From a virus (Duplodnaviria > Caudoviricetes), in the IMG/VR virus record IMGVR_UViG_3300011921_000007, positions 1 to 62,773 of that record: a stretch of DNA of 62,773 bases. One strand, written 5' to 3'. How positions within the stretch are numbered: position 1 is the stretch's first letter; every line of letters begins with the position of its first letter. A model generated the notes under the pieces. The model was not told where the DNA came from and did no database searches. It saw only the letters and a program-made list of their open reading frames with translations. A program made the translations under genes and the position numbers. This document shows, piece after piece, positions 34,570-45,010 of the stretch.

Positions 34570-35097
34570 ATGAAGGTAATCGGAAGAAGCGAAGCTATGA
34601 AAATAGCGCTGACTCATTACTATACTGGGAAGCCATGTACACATGGGCATTTAGCTACCCGCAGGGTTAACGACAGGGTATGTATGGATTGCGATAAGGC
34701 AACCAAAAGAAGGGCGGCTATTGAAAACGCTGAGCACTCCAAAGCAAAAAAACAAGCTTCATACGAACGAAACAAGCACCACATCCTTGCGCAAAAACGG
34801 GTGTACAGACAAAATAATAAAGGGCTAGTAAACGCTTTAGTGGCGGGCCGTAAGAAACATATTAAAGTAGCTACACCTAAATGGGTTGATTCAGAAGAGC
34901 TATGGTTAATTAAAGAAGCGTATGCACTAGCTGCACTTAGAACAAAGCAGTTTGGGTTTAGCTGGCACGTGGACCATATAATACCTTTACAAGGCAAGTT
35001 AGTTAGCGGGTTACATGTAATTAGCAACATGCGAGTGATACCTGGAATAACCAACATTCAAAAAAAGAATCGATATGAGGTAGAATATGCCTACTAA
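34570..35097 (+). CDS. HNH homing endonuclease
   Basis: YYTGKPC.HGH...CMDC; ATPKW; HVDHIIPL.G..VSGLHV..N...N..K.N; start moved to ATG 34570. Confidence 0.88.
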   Translation: MKVIGRSEAMKIALTHYYTGKPCTHGHLATRRVNDRVCMDCDKATKRRAAIENAEHSKAKKQASYERNKHHILAQKRVYRQNNKGLVNALVAGRKKHIKVATPKWVDSEELWLIKEAYALAALRTKQFGFSWHVDHIIPLQGKLVSGLHVISNMRVIPGITNIQKKNRYEVEYAY

Positions 35098-35476
35098 GTT
35101 TGCTAGCGGAAAGCATGCCATAGCGGAATGCGATGTTTGTGGGGAGCGATACAAACTAAAAGAATTAAAAAGACTGGTCATCAAGACGAAAACAGTGAAC
35201 ATATTGGCTTGCCCAGAGTGTTGGAACCCAGACCAGCCACAGCTTCATTTGGGTATGTACCCAGTGAATGACCCACAAGCAATCAGAGACCCACGACCTG
35301 ATACAAGTTATTATGCTTCAGGCTTAAGTGCTGACGGGTCAGTGTCAGAAGGTAGTCGTATATTTCAATGGGGTTGGAACCCTGTTGGAGGTGCAAGTAG
35401 TTTCGATACCCCGCTAACACCAAATGATTTGATTGCAGTGGGACAAGTAGGTATAGTGACGGTAACAACAACTTAA
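35087..35476 (+). CDS. CxxC zinc-binding tail-module protein
   Basis: ASGK.A...CDVCG...CPECW..DQPQ...DPQA..PRPD. Confidence 0.7.
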   Translation: MPTKFASGKHAIAECDVCGERYKLKELKRLVIKTKTVNILACPECWNPDQPQLHLGMYPVNDPQAIRDPRPDTSYYASGLSADGSVSEGSRIFQWGWNPVGGASSFDTPLTPNDLIAVGQVGIVTVTTT

Positions 35477-35488
35477 AGGAGTTTTAAA

Positions 35489-35668
35489 ATGGCTTATAAA
35501 TCAGGCGCCGATGGCGTAACAAAAAAAGGTAAAACAAAAGGCAAGAACTTAGGTGATTCAGGCCCTACCGTAGGTAAACAAGCAGGCGGTAAAAAATCAA
35601 GCGGTGTTACATCCGAGGCAATGAAAGCAATGGGTCGTAACTTAGCTCGCGTTAAAAATCAAGGATAA
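35489..35668 (+). CDS. Small basic protein (59 aa)
   Basis: Not in track; AAGGAG RBS; MAYKSGADGVTKKGKTKGKNLG... Confidence 0.7.
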   Translation: MAYKSGADGVTKKGKTKGKNLGDSGPTVGKQAGGKKSSGVTSEAMKAMGRNLARVKNQG

Positions 35669-35672
35669 CATC

Positions 35673-36020
35673 ATGGCTAAAAATGATTTTGTAAAAGAAA
35701 CACCAGCAGATTCATACCCGTTAGGTCATGCTCGTGAGAACAAAGATGCTAGTGCATACACTGGCTTTAAATACCCATCAGGCGGTGGTAACGATATCGG
35801 TGTATACAAGCAACCAATGAGCAATACTAACACCGCAGACATCGCGTTTAAACCCAACCCAAATACGCTTAAAGGCGTAGATGTGAACCCAACTACTGCA
35901 GCTATGTCTGTAAGCGTTGGTGATAGCGGTGCTAAACGAGTTAATCCATATGGCGCTGGCGAAATGCGTGGTTATGGTGCAGCTACTAAAGGCCGTAAAA
36001 TTAGCGGAAAAATGGGCTAA
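35673..36020 (+). CDS. Small virion-associated protein
   Basis: C-terminal MRGYGAATKGRK. Confidence 0.65.
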   Translation: MAKNDFVKETPADSYPLGHARENKDASAYTGFKYPSGGGNDIGVYKQPMSNTNTADIAFKPNPNTLKGVDVNPTTAAMSVSVGDSGAKRVNPYGAGEMRGYGAATKGRKISGKMG

Positions 36021-36937
36021 TGAACTACATAGAGCTTAGTCAAGCAATCCAATCATACTCGGAAAACACGGAGTCTCTGTTCGTGGAGAACATTCCTACG
36101 TTCGTGCAAGAAGCGGAAAGACGTATATTTAACACCGTTCAACTACCCTCACTACGTAAAAACGTAACAGGTACAATGACATTGGGTAATAAATACGTCG
36201 CGCTTCCTAATGATTGGCTAGCTAACTTTTCTCTAGCTGTTATTGATGCAGCAGGTGCTTATAGTTACCTTTTAAATAAAGACGTTAACTTTATTCGTGA
36301 AGCGTATCCTAATCCTACATCAACCGGACAACCTAAGTATTACGCAGTGTTTGGCCCTCGTATAGATGATGCAAACGAGCTATCGTTAATTCTTGGCCCT
36401 TCCCCTGACTTTGCTTATGGTATGGAGTTGCATTACTTTTACTATCCAGTATCTATAGTTCAAAGTGTTATAACCTCGTTGGGTACAATTACAGGTGGGT
36501 CTGGGTATGTGAATGGCACTTACTTTAATGTTCCACTAACAGGCGGTTCAGGTACTTCTGCGTATGGTACAATTACGATATCAGGTGGCGCAGTTACTGC
36601 AGTTACAATAGTAACTGGGGGGTCATTTTATGTTATTGGCGATGTACTAACTACTGCTAACACAAACATTGGTGGGACAGGCACTGGGTTTTCAGTTCCA
36701 GTAACTAACGTAGCAAACACCGCAGGCACTAGCTGGTTAGGTGATAACTATGACCCTGTGTTGTTTTATGGTGCTATGAGGGAAGCAGTCATTTTTATGA
36801 AAGGTGAACAGGATATGGTCACTTATTATGAGAAGATGTTCCAAGATGCTTTAGGTCAATTGAAACGCCTAGGTGATGGTTTAGAACGCGGTGATGCATA
36901 CCGTGACGGGCAAACAAAACTTAAAGTAAATACTTAA
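36020..36937 (+). CDS. Tail adaptor/tubular protein with inserted Gly/Thr-rich domain
   Basis: MNY.EL...F...AE.RI...G.PKYY...P.PD..Y...SWL.DN...YG...EA..FMKG. Confidence 0.75.
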   Translation: MNYIELSQAIQSYSENTESLFVENIPTFVQEAERRIFNTVQLPSLRKNVTGTMTLGNKYVALPNDWLANFSLAVIDAAGAYSYLLNKDVNFIREAYPNPTSTGQPKYYAVFGPRIDDANELSLILGPSPDFAYGMELHYFYYPVSIVQSVITSLGTITGGSGYVNGTYFNVPLTGGSGTSAYGTITISGGAVTAVTIVTGGSFYVIGDVLTTANTNIGGTGTGFSVPVTNVANTAGTSWLGDNYDPVLFYGAMREAVIFMKGEQDMVTYYEKMFQDALGQLKRLGDGLERGDAYRDGQTKLKVNT

Positions 36938-36951
36938 TTTAGGAGTAAGAC

Positions 36952-37386
36952 ATGGCAATTTCACAGGCAATGTGCACAAGCTTTAAAGTTCAGTTATTGA
37001 GCGGCGCACAAAATTTTAATACAGGTACAACAAAGGTTTATAAAATTGCTTTGTATACCTCAGCAGCGACATTAGGCGCGAGCACTACAAACTACAGTTC
37101 TACTACAAACGAAGTGGCTTCAGGTGGTGGATACACAACAGGCGGTAATACGCTTACAGTATCACAAGTGCCAACTTCATCAGGCACTACAGCGTTTATT
37201 GACTTTGCAGATACTACTTGGTCAAACGCAACTATTACAGCTCGTGGCGCGTTGATTTATAACAGTACTGATGACACTGCAGTTGCTGCATTAGATTTTG
37301 GTTCAGATAAGACATCAACTTCTGGTGATTTTACAATCATATTCCCAACAGCGAACGCAACAGACGCAATTATTCGTATAGCTTAG
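36952..37386 (+). CDS. Tail structural protein
   Basis: MAISQAMCTSFK...KIALYT...TARGALIYN...LDFG.DK...FP. Confidence 0.75.
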   Translation: MAISQAMCTSFKVQLLSGAQNFNTGTTKVYKIALYTSAATLGASTTNYSSTTNEVASGGGYTTGGNTLTVSQVPTSSGTTAFIDFADTTWSNATITARGALIYNSTDDTAVAALDFGSDKTSTSGDFTIIFPTANATDAIIRIA

Positions 37387-37400
37387 AATAGGAGTCACAA

Positions 37401-40400
37401 ATGGCTCTAGTTCTTAAAGACCGGGTTAAAGAGACCTCAGTATCGACTGGTACTGGGGCAATTACGCTTGATGGCGCTACAGGTGCTTACCAGGCATTTA
37501 GTACGATTGGTAACGGCAATACGACCTACTACTGTATAGCGGGTCAAACCACTAATGAATGGGAAGTGGGCATTGGTACTTACACCACGTCTACTGATAC
37601 CTTATCTCGTGACACCATCCTTGCATCGTCTAACAGCGGTTCTATTGTTACTTTTTCTGCTGGTACTAAAGACGTATTCATAACCTATCCGTCTGAGAAA
37701 GGCGTGTGGACTGATGCCAGTGGTAGCTCTAATTATGCTGCAACGGTAGGTACAACACCTGTAAGACTAGGCGCCACAACGCTTACACTAGCGGGACTTG
37801 ATTCAGTAACTCTAACGCAAGACCCATCAACTGCCCTGCAAGCGGCAACTAAACAGTATGTTGATACACTTGTTTCTTCTGGTATTACCTACCACGCTCC
37901 AGTTAAATACGAAGTACCTAATAGTACAGGCAACCTAAATGCTACCTATAACAACGGAACAGCAGGGGTAGGTGCTACGCTTACTAATGCAGGCACTCAA
38001 GTAGCCTTTACACCAGATGGCGTTGTTGCGTCTGTAAACGACAGAATTTTGGTTTATAACCAAACTAACGCAGCACAAAACGGTGTTTATACGGTTACTA
38101 CCGTGGGTAGTGGCTCTACTAATTGGGTATTGACTCGTGCTACTGATGCGAATAGTTATGGACTAAAAAGCCCTACCGCACTTGGTGAAGGTGACGCTTT
38201 CTTTATTACAAGCGGCAATACCGGTGCGGGTGAGACATATGTATGTAATACTGTAGGTGTAATTACGTTTGGCACAACCAACATTACGTTTACTCAGATT
38301 AGCGCTACTCAGATTTATTCTGCTGGTACAGGGCTAACACTATCTGGCACACAATTTAGCATAACAAACACCGCAGTTACAGCCGCATCATATGGCGCTG
38401 CTAACAAAACACTAACTGCAACAGTCAATGCACAAGGCCAGTTAACCGCCCTAGCAGACACCAATATCGCTATTCCAATGAGCCAAGTAACAAGTGGTGT
38501 ACTAGGTGCAACCCAAGGCGGTACAGGCCAAAGCTCCTATTCGATTGGTGACATCCTTTATGCGGACACTACGACTTCTTTAGCTAGACTAGCTGACGTT
38601 GCTGTAGGCAATGCTCTAATATCAGGCGGACTATCAGCAGCTCCGGCTTGGGGTAAAATAGCCCTTGCTTCTGCTGTGTCAGGCACACTACCTGTTGCTA
38701 ATGGTGGTACAGGCGTAACTACAAGTACAGGTTCAGGCAATGTGGTGTTGTCTACGAGTCCAACACTTGTAACTCCGATATTAGGCACTCCGCAATCTGG
38801 TGACTTTAGTACTGGTACATTTACGTGGCCTACATTTAACCAAAACACAACAGGCACTGCGGGTAACGTATCAGGCGTGGTAGCAATAGCCAACGGCGGT
38901 ACAGGCGCAACAACTCGTCAAGATGCAATGGACGTACTAGCTGGTGCCACAACTGCAGGTCAATACTTACGCGGTAACGGTACTGATGTTGTGATGGCAA
39001 ACATTGTAGCTGGCGATGTTCCTACGCTAAACCAAAACACGACAGGTACAGCTGGTGGATTATCTGGTTCTCCTAGTATATCAGTAGGAACTGTAACTAC
39101 CACTGCTGGCTCCGCCGCTATCCCTGCAATCACAACTACTGGCGATACTAACACAGGTATATTCTTCCCCGCAGCCGATACTATAGCCTTTACTGAAGGC
39201 GGTGTTGAAGGTATGAGGATTAATTCTAGTGGTAATGTAGGCATTGGTACTACTACACCTGTAAATGCTACTGGTTATACTATATTAACTCTAAATAATG
39301 CTACTAATGGTGGCAATATACAGTTTCAAAATAACGGAACTCAAAAAGGCACAATCTATAACACTTCAAGTGGCTTATTCATATTTACAGCATCGGCAAC
39401 ACCTTTAGTATTCCAAACTGGTGGCGGTGAAACAATGCGCCTAGATGCTTCAGGAAATTTAGCTTTAGGTGTAGCAACTGCTGCTGCTAAATTTGATGTT
39501 GCCTTTAGTGATAACAGTAGGTTCTTATTAGGTTTTGGTGCAAATTTAGACAATTATTATACGTCTGGCACTAGTGGCGCACAGATATTTAGGACAGGTA
39601 CTACAGAGCGGATGCGCCTAGACTCATCAGGCAGATTAGGGCTTGGAACATCTTCCCCAAGACAAACATTGTCAATTGGTTCTACCTTAGACATATATTC
39701 AGGCGGAAATAATTCACCTACAGTTGCAAGTATTCGCGCAACAAATAACTTAGTACTTAATGGGGTTAGTACAGGAGCAGTATTTTTAAACTTTGATACC
39801 GGTACTGGCGGAGTTAACTTCTGTAATGGTGGAGGCACAGTAACCGCTTCAATGAGCAGTGCAGGGGGACTTTCTGCTACAACAGGTTCATTCAGCACTA
39901 ATTTACTAGTAGGCTCAGGCACTGCATTAGCTCCAGGTTCGGTATCAGGTTTTGGAGCAGGCGTAATTACAGAGCCTGCAACTGGATATTCAGCAGCGGG
40001 TATGGTAATTGGTAATACCGCAGGTCAACACGGCTCAATTGTTTATGGTTCTAATACTATGTATTTTGGAACGGAAAATGGTTCAGCGTCAACGATGGGT
40101 GTTAAGGCTACCTTAACAAGCGCAGGTAACTTTAATGCTACTGGAACAATTTCAGGCACAAATATCACATCAGGCGGTAACGTAACAGGTTCATCAACAT
40201 CATGTTCAGGCAACGCGGCAACGGCTACAACAGCTACAACAGCAACATATTGGGGAAATACAGGATTTCCAACAGGTAACGGTCAAGATTTTAATAGTGT
40301 TACATTAGGCGGTATTTATAATATAGTTTGGGGTAATTATTCAGGAACATTAAATACACCCCCCGCAGCTAATAGTTATGGGACACTAGAAGTTCAAGCA

Positions 40401-41669
40401 GGCCTTAATTTTATTACGCAGATTTTTTACCCACACAGCACTAATACATCGCCTTGTATTAGAATTTATTACAATGGCAGTTGGCTTCCTTGGATTGTTT
40501 CTTTAACTTCCGCAAATTACACCGCCTACGCTCCATCATTAACAGGTTCAGGCGCATCAGGCACTTGGGGTATTAGTGTAACAGGTAACTCAGCGACAAC
40601 AACCCGTTTAGCAGGGGATATATACATATCGCCATCAAACACTAATACCTTGAACGGTGCATTTGGCATTGCCTCTGATGTAGGTGATATGTGGATTAAT
40701 TATCGTGGATATAATGATGGTTTTTCTTACTTTAGGACTTTTAGAGTAGGTAACGGTAAGGGAGGGCAAATTGCTACGTTTACTGGTTCTACTGGAGCAC
40801 TAGATGTAACAGGGAACATAACAGTTGGCTCGGTATCATCAACAGGCTCTAATAATGTATCTGCTTTAAATTCAAGTGGTCAAGCTTATTTTGGCGTACA
40901 AGAAATTAATGCGTATGGAGCTATAGCTCCTGGTGATGCTTTTGTTTACACGACTAAACACGTTGTTTTAGTTTCAGATAGTGGTAGTGGTGCTATTAAG
41001 TTTGCTACTGGTAGTGCTACAGAACGGATGCGACTTGATAACAGCGGTAACTTCTTTATTGGGAAAACCGTTGTTAATTATAGAACGCCTGGCCTCCAAA
41101 CTGAAAATAATGGTAGGTCACTAGGGCTGTGTTCAAATATTAATGCGGTAATGTTTTTTTGTGACAGAGAAAACGTTTATGGGGATTTTCACACTTTTTA
41201 CTATAACGGAAACTATGTAGGTAATATTGCTACAAGTAATGGGGTTACTACTGGCTACCTTTCAGCGTCTGACTACCGTTTAAAAGAAAACATTGTGCCA
41301 ATGACAGGCGCGTTAGCTAAAGTAGCCTTGTTAAAACCTGTTACTTACACTTGGAAGGCTGACGGTTCTGATGGTCAAGGCTTTATTGCACATGAACTAG
41401 CTGAAGTAGTGCCTGATTGTGTTATAGGTGAAAAGGATGGCACTCGTGAAGAAGACTACGAAGTCACTCCAGCTATACCTGCTGTACTAGACGAAGAAGG
41501 CAACGAGGTTACTCCAGCAGTAGAAGCAGTAATGGGTACGCGTACAGTTCCAGTCTACCAAGGTATGGATACATCATTCTTAGTGGCTACATTAACCGCT
41601 GCAATACAAGAGCAACAAGCAATGATTAACGAATTAAAGGCTAAAGTAGCTGCCTTAGAAGCTGCTTAA
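37401..41669 (+). CDS. Long tail fibre with C-terminal peptidase S74 chaperone
   Basis: DRVKET N-terminus, P..NGGTG and ERMR.D.SG repeats, SDYRLKENI...GFIAHE...AIQE. Confidence 0.9.
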   Translation: MALVLKDRVKETSVSTGTGAITLDGATGAYQAFSTIGNGNTTYYCIAGQTTNEWEVGIGTYTTSTDTLSRDTILASSNSGSIVTFSAGTKDVFITYPSEKGVWTDASGSSNYAATVGTTPVRLGATTLTLAGLDSVTLTQDPSTALQAATKQYVDTLVSSGITYHAPVKYEVPNSTGNLNATYNNGTAGVGATLTNAGTQVAFTPDGVVASVNDRILVYNQTNAAQNGVYTVTTVGSGSTNWVLTRATDANSYGLKSPTALGEGDAFFITSGNTGAGETYVCNTVGVITFGTTNITFTQISATQIYSAGTGLTLSGTQFSITNTAVTAASYGAANKTLTATVNAQGQLTALADTNIAIPMSQVTSGVLGATQGGTGQSSYSIGDILYADTTTSLARLADVAVGNALISGGLSAAPAWGKIALASAVSGTLPVANGGTGVTTSTGSGNVVLSTSPTLVTPILGTPQSGDFSTGTFTWPTFNQNTTGTAGNVSGVVAIANGGTGATTRQDAMDVLAGATTAGQYLRGNGTDVVMANIVAGDVPTLNQNTTGTAGGLSGSPSISVGTVTTTAGSAAIPAITTTGDTNTGIFFPAADTIAFTEGGVEGMRINSSGNVGIGTTTPVNATGYTILTLNNATNGGNIQFQNNGTQKGTIYNTSSGLFIFTASATPLVFQTGGGETMRLDASGNLALGVATAAAKFDVAFSDNSRFLLGFGANLDNYYTSGTSGAQIFRTGTTERMRLDSSGRLGLGTSSPRQTLSIGSTLDIYSGGNNSPTVASIRATNNLVLNGVSTGAVFLNFDTGTGGVNFCNGGGTVTASMSSAGGLSATTGSFSTNLLVGSGTALAPGSVSGFGAGVITEPATGYSAAGMVIGNTAGQHGSIVYGSNTMYFGTENGSASTMGVKATLTSAGNFNATGTISGTNITSGGNVTGSSTSCSGNAATATTATTATYWGNTGFPTGNGQDFNSVTLGGIYNIVWGNYSGTLNTPPAANSYGTLEVQAGLNFITQIFYPHSTNTSPCIRIYYNGSWLPWIVSLTSANYTAYAPSLTGSGASGTWGISVTGNSATTTRLAGDIYISPSNTNTLNGAFGIASDVGDMWINYRGYNDGFSYFRTFRVGNGKGGQIATFTGSTGALDVTGNITVGSVSSTGSNNVSALNSSGQAYFGVQEINAYGAIAPGDAFVYTTKHVVLVSDSGSGAIKFATGSATERMRLDNSGNFFIGKTVVNYRTPGLQTENNGRSLGLCSNINAVMFFCDRENVYGDFHTFYYNGNYVGNIATSNGVTTGYLSASDYRLKENIVPMTGALAKVALLKPVTYTWKADGSDGQGFIAHELAEVVPDCVIGEKDGTREEDYEVTPAIPAVLDEEGNEVTPAVEAVMGTRTVPVYQGMDTSFLVATLTAAIQEQQAMINELKAKVAALEAA

Positions 41670-41686
41670 ATTAAAGGAAACACGAA

Positions 41687-41899
41687 ATGGCAAAAAATAA
41701 AGAGCCCCAAATCGTAACAGTAGATGGCGTAGAGTACGATGCTAATGATTTTACGGAAGAGCAAAGATTGCTATTTAATCACTGCGTGGATTTAGACCGT
41801 AAGATTGCAAGCACCAACTTTCAACTGCAACAACTTAATGTAGGTAAAGACTCATTTATTAAGTTACTTAAAACAGCGTTAGAACCTAAAGAGGAATAA
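41687..41899 (+). CDS. Small tail-associated protein
   Basis: VTVDGVEY...DLDRK; follows fibre. Confidence 0.65.
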   Translation: MAKNKEPQIVTVDGVEYDANDFTEEQRLLFNHCVDLDRKIASTNFQLQQLNVGKDSFIKLLKTALEPKEE

Positions 41900-41907
41900 T
41901 CACTTAG

Positions 41908-42672
41908 ATGTTTGGGTTTAGCGCATTTGCAGAAGCACCCTTTGCTGACTTAAGTGGGTCAACCACTAGTACAGTCTTTGCGCTGGGTGTTGAGGGTACA
42001 ACTGCATTAGGCGCGGTCACTACAGTAGCAAAAGCAAACGTACCCACAACAGGGTTATTTGCCGTAAACGAACTAGGTGTAATAACGGTATACCCAATAG
42101 TAAATGTACTACCAGCAGGACTGCAAGCGCAGGCATTACTAAACAGCGTAACAACAAGAGCCGCAGCAAATACATCGGTAATAGGTATTCTAGGCACAAC
42201 GGCATTAGGTAGTGTCACAATCACTGCATCTGGTAATGTATTTGCAACGGGCGTATACGGTGAAGGCTTTATAGGCAATGTATCTGTCACCGGTAAGGCT
42301 AACGTAACGCTTACTGGGGTATTGGGGACAACGCAGTTAGGTGATGTAATAGCAAGGGCGTCGGCAACTGCAATAGTATCAGGCGTACAAGCTTTAACGT
42401 TTTTAGGCAACGTAACAGTAACAAGTGCAGCTAATGTGTTCCCGATAGGGGTTCGGGCAATAGGCTATGTAGGAAGTGCGTTAGTATGGGGCTTAGTAGA
42501 CGACTCACAAAATGCTAACTGGGCTAATATAAACAATGCGCAGACTACAACTTGGGCTGCTATAAACAATTCGCAAACGATAACATGGACTAATATAAAC
42601 AACGCTCAATCAACAACTTGGTCAGACGTTAATAACACGCAATCAACTACATGGACAGGAATAGAAACATGA
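41908..42672 (+). CDS. Tail protein with beta-repeat body and Trp-repeat tail
   Basis: MFGFSAFAEAPFA start; ~19-aa repeats; (W..INN.Q.T)x4-5. Confidence 0.7.
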   Translation: MFGFSAFAEAPFADLSGSTTSTVFALGVEGTTALGAVTTVAKANVPTTGLFAVNELGVITVYPIVNVLPAGLQAQALLNSVTTRAAANTSVIGILGTTALGSVTITASGNVFATGVYGEGFIGNVSVTGKANVTLTGVLGTTQLGDVIARASATAIVSGVQALTFLGNVTVTSAANVFPIGVRAIGYVGSALVWGLVDDSQNANWANINNAQTTTWAAINNSQTITWTNINNAQSTTWSDVNNTQSTTWTGIET

Positions 42673-42818
42673 CAGACACAACAAACATTACACCAAATAA
42701 TGAAGATGCGGTAAAATGCGATAAAGAAGCACAAGCAAACGAGGCCCCAAAGCAAGAATCGCAAAGCGTTACAGTGACGGTTACTGGGTTTTCCTTGTTT
42801 GCTACTACACTAAAATAA
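42669..42818 (+). CDS. Hypothetical peptide (49 aa)
   Basis: Not in track; ATGA overlap with upstream gene. Confidence 0.4.
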   Translation: MTDTTNITPNNEDAVKCDKEAQANEAPKQESQSVTVTVTGFSLFATTLK

Positions 42819-42829
42819 AGGATTAAATC

Positions 42830-44569
42830 ATGGCAAGCACCTATTCACCTAGTTTAAAGCTAGAACTTATTGGTAACGGCGACCAGTCGGGTACGTGGGG
42901 CACTACTACAAACACAAACCTAGGCACCTTGCTAGAGCAAGCCATTACTGGCGTTCAGGCTATTACGATGACCAACGCTGACTACACGCTATCGAATTTA
43001 AACGGTGCGGCAGATGAGGCTAGGAATGCGGTGCTTGTAGTTGGTGGTACTAATGCGGCAATTAGAAACGTCATAGCCCCTGCGGTAGAAAAACTATATG
43101 TTATTAGAAATAATACGGTAGGTGGGTTTGCGATAGTAATAAAAACAAGTGCCAGTACCGGTGTGTCTATTGCTAACGGCACGACAGCTTATGTGTACTG
43201 CGATGGCAGTGAGTTTTATTTAGCCGTACCACCTTACGCTTCAACAAACACAGCGAGTACTTTAGTATTCCGTGATGGGTCAGGTAACTTTGCAGCTGGA
43301 ACAATAACAGCAAACTTGAATGGTAATGCAAGCACTGTAACAACCAATGCTAACTTAACGGGTGCTGTAACTTCTGTAGGCAATGCCACTTCACTAGGTT
43401 CATTTACTTCAGCTAACTTAGCTGCTGCTTTAACAGACGAAACAGGTACAGGCGCGAACGTATTTGCTAACACTCCAACGCTGGTTACTCCTGTTTTAGG
43501 CACTCCGACTTCAGGTACATTGACTAACTGTACTGGCTACACATACGCTAACTTGGCTGGAACTGTTCCAACGTGGAATCAAAATACATCAGGTAACGCA
43601 GCGACAGCTACAGTCTTGCAGACAGCCCGTAATATTGGTGGAGTGTCATTCAATGGCTCTGCGGATATTAACCTACCCGGCGTCAATACTGCAGGTAATC
43701 AGAACACTTCTGGAAATGCGGCAACGGCTACAACAGCTACTAGCGCTACAACAGCAACTAACCAATCAGGCGGCACGGTAGCAGCAACTACTGGTTCATT
43801 TAGTGGTGTAGCTACGTTCTCAGCAGGTTCAGCAGGCGCCCCAGCTATTACTACGTCAGGCGATACTAATACTGGTATGTTTTTTCCCGCTGCGGATACC
43901 ATTGCGTTTGGTGAAGGCGGCACAGAAGCGATGCGTATTGATTCTTCTGGCAATGTTGGTATCGGCACAACTAGCCCAGGCTACCGATTACACGTTAACG
44001 GGGGCGATGCTAGGGTTTCAAATACAGCAGACGCAGTATTATCCTTAGCTGGTGGTTCGGCTAATTTAAATATAACTTCTACAAACTCAGATTATGCGAC
44101 ATTTGTTTCTGGAGGAAATAGCCTAGGAGTTGGTATAACTTATGGAAGCGGAGTATGCGCCTTTGAAAATTCAACTGGTAGAGTAGGTATTGGAACGACT
44201 TCTCCGAGTTCAACGCTACAAGTAGTTGGAACAGTACCAGCCACAACATTTGTTGGTAATTTATCAGGCAACGCAACTACGGCATCTAATGCAATAGGTA
44301 CAGGTCAAACTTGGCAAGACTTGTCAGGTAGTCGTAGCTCTGGAACTACTTACACAAATAGTACAGGCCGTTCTATTTTTATATCTGTTAAATGGGATAG
44401 AGATGATGGCACCCTTTCAATAACAGTAGACGGCCTTGAAATTGGAAAAACTGGTACTACAGCCGGGCCACAATTCTATACTTTAACTGCAATTGTTCCA
44501 GCAGGGTCAACTTATAGTGCAACTGCATCTGGCGGTGGCGGCACATTATCTTGGTATGAGCTACGTTAA
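42830..44569 (+). CDS. Second tail fibre/spike
   Basis: MASTYS..L.LELI..G.QSGTWG.TTN.N; GNAATAT repeats; GQTWQD...TYTNSTGR.I tip. Confidence 0.85.
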   Translation: MASTYSPSLKLELIGNGDQSGTWGTTTNTNLGTLLEQAITGVQAITMTNADYTLSNLNGAADEARNAVLVVGGTNAAIRNVIAPAVEKLYVIRNNTVGGFAIVIKTSASTGVSIANGTTAYVYCDGSEFYLAVPPYASTNTASTLVFRDGSGNFAAGTITANLNGNASTVTTNANLTGAVTSVGNATSLGSFTSANLAAALTDETGTGANVFANTPTLVTPVLGTPTSGTLTNCTGYTYANLAGTVPTWNQNTSGNAATATVLQTARNIGGVSFNGSADINLPGVNTAGNQNTSGNAATATTATSATTATNQSGGTVAATTGSFSGVATFSAGSAGAPAITTSGDTNTGMFFPAADTIAFGEGGTEAMRIDSSGNVGIGTTSPGYRLHVNGGDARVSNTADAVLSLAGGSANLNITSTNSDYATFVSGGNSLGVGITYGSGVCAFENSTGRVGIGTTSPSSTLQVVGTVPATTFVGNLSGNATTASNAIGTGQTWQDLSGSRSSGTTYTNSTGRSIFISVKWDRDDGTLSITVDGLEIGKTGTTAGPQFYTLTAIVPAGSTYSATASGGGGTLSWYELR

Positions 44570-44570
44570 T

Positions 44571-45008
44571 ATGAAACTATCAGAAAACTTTGATTTAGAT
44601 GAATTTACCGCATCAGAGACAGCAGTCCGCAAAGGAATCGACAACACCCCATCCCCTGCGGTCACGGAAAAACTTCGTATGTTGGCTGCTACGCTGGAGC
44701 AAGTTCGTAGCCTTTTGGGCAATAATCCCATTCGTATATCTAGTGGTTTTCGTTGCCTTGCTCTTAATCGTGCTATTGGAAGCGGTGATTTATCTGCGCA
44801 CGTACTGGGTTATGCCGTTGATTTCACATGTCCTAAATTTGGTACGCCGAAAGAAGTAGCTAACAAGATTGCACAGTCACCAATTAAATTCGACCAGCTA
44901 ATCTATGAAGGCACTTGGATACACCTAAGCATAGACCCACGTAACAGACGCGAAGTACTGACTGCTACCTTTAAAAACGGTAAGGCTAGCTACTCAAAAG
45001 GAATCTAA
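44571..45008 (+). CDS. Endolysin, peptidase M15A
   Basis: LSENF.L.EF..S, SSGFRC..LN..IG, SAH..G.AVD, WIH; start moved to ATG 44571. Confidence 0.9.
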   Translation: MKLSENFDLDEFTASETAVRKGIDNTPSPAVTEKLRMLAATLEQVRSLLGNNPIRISSGFRCLALNRAIGSGDLSAHVLGYAVDFTCPKFGTPKEVANKIAQSPIKFDQLIYEGTWIHLSIDPRNRREVLTATFKNGKASYSKGI

Positions 45009-45010
45009 TT

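Noticed and set aside
34570-35097. HNH as intron or intein in a tail gene
   Set aside because: Flanking genes are complete with their own starts and stops; free-standing insertion
37401-44569. Diversity-generating retroelement or invertible tail-fibre switch
   Set aside because: No reverse transcriptase or invertase; shared fibre segments differ at synonymous positions, not adenine-specifically, and are not inverted
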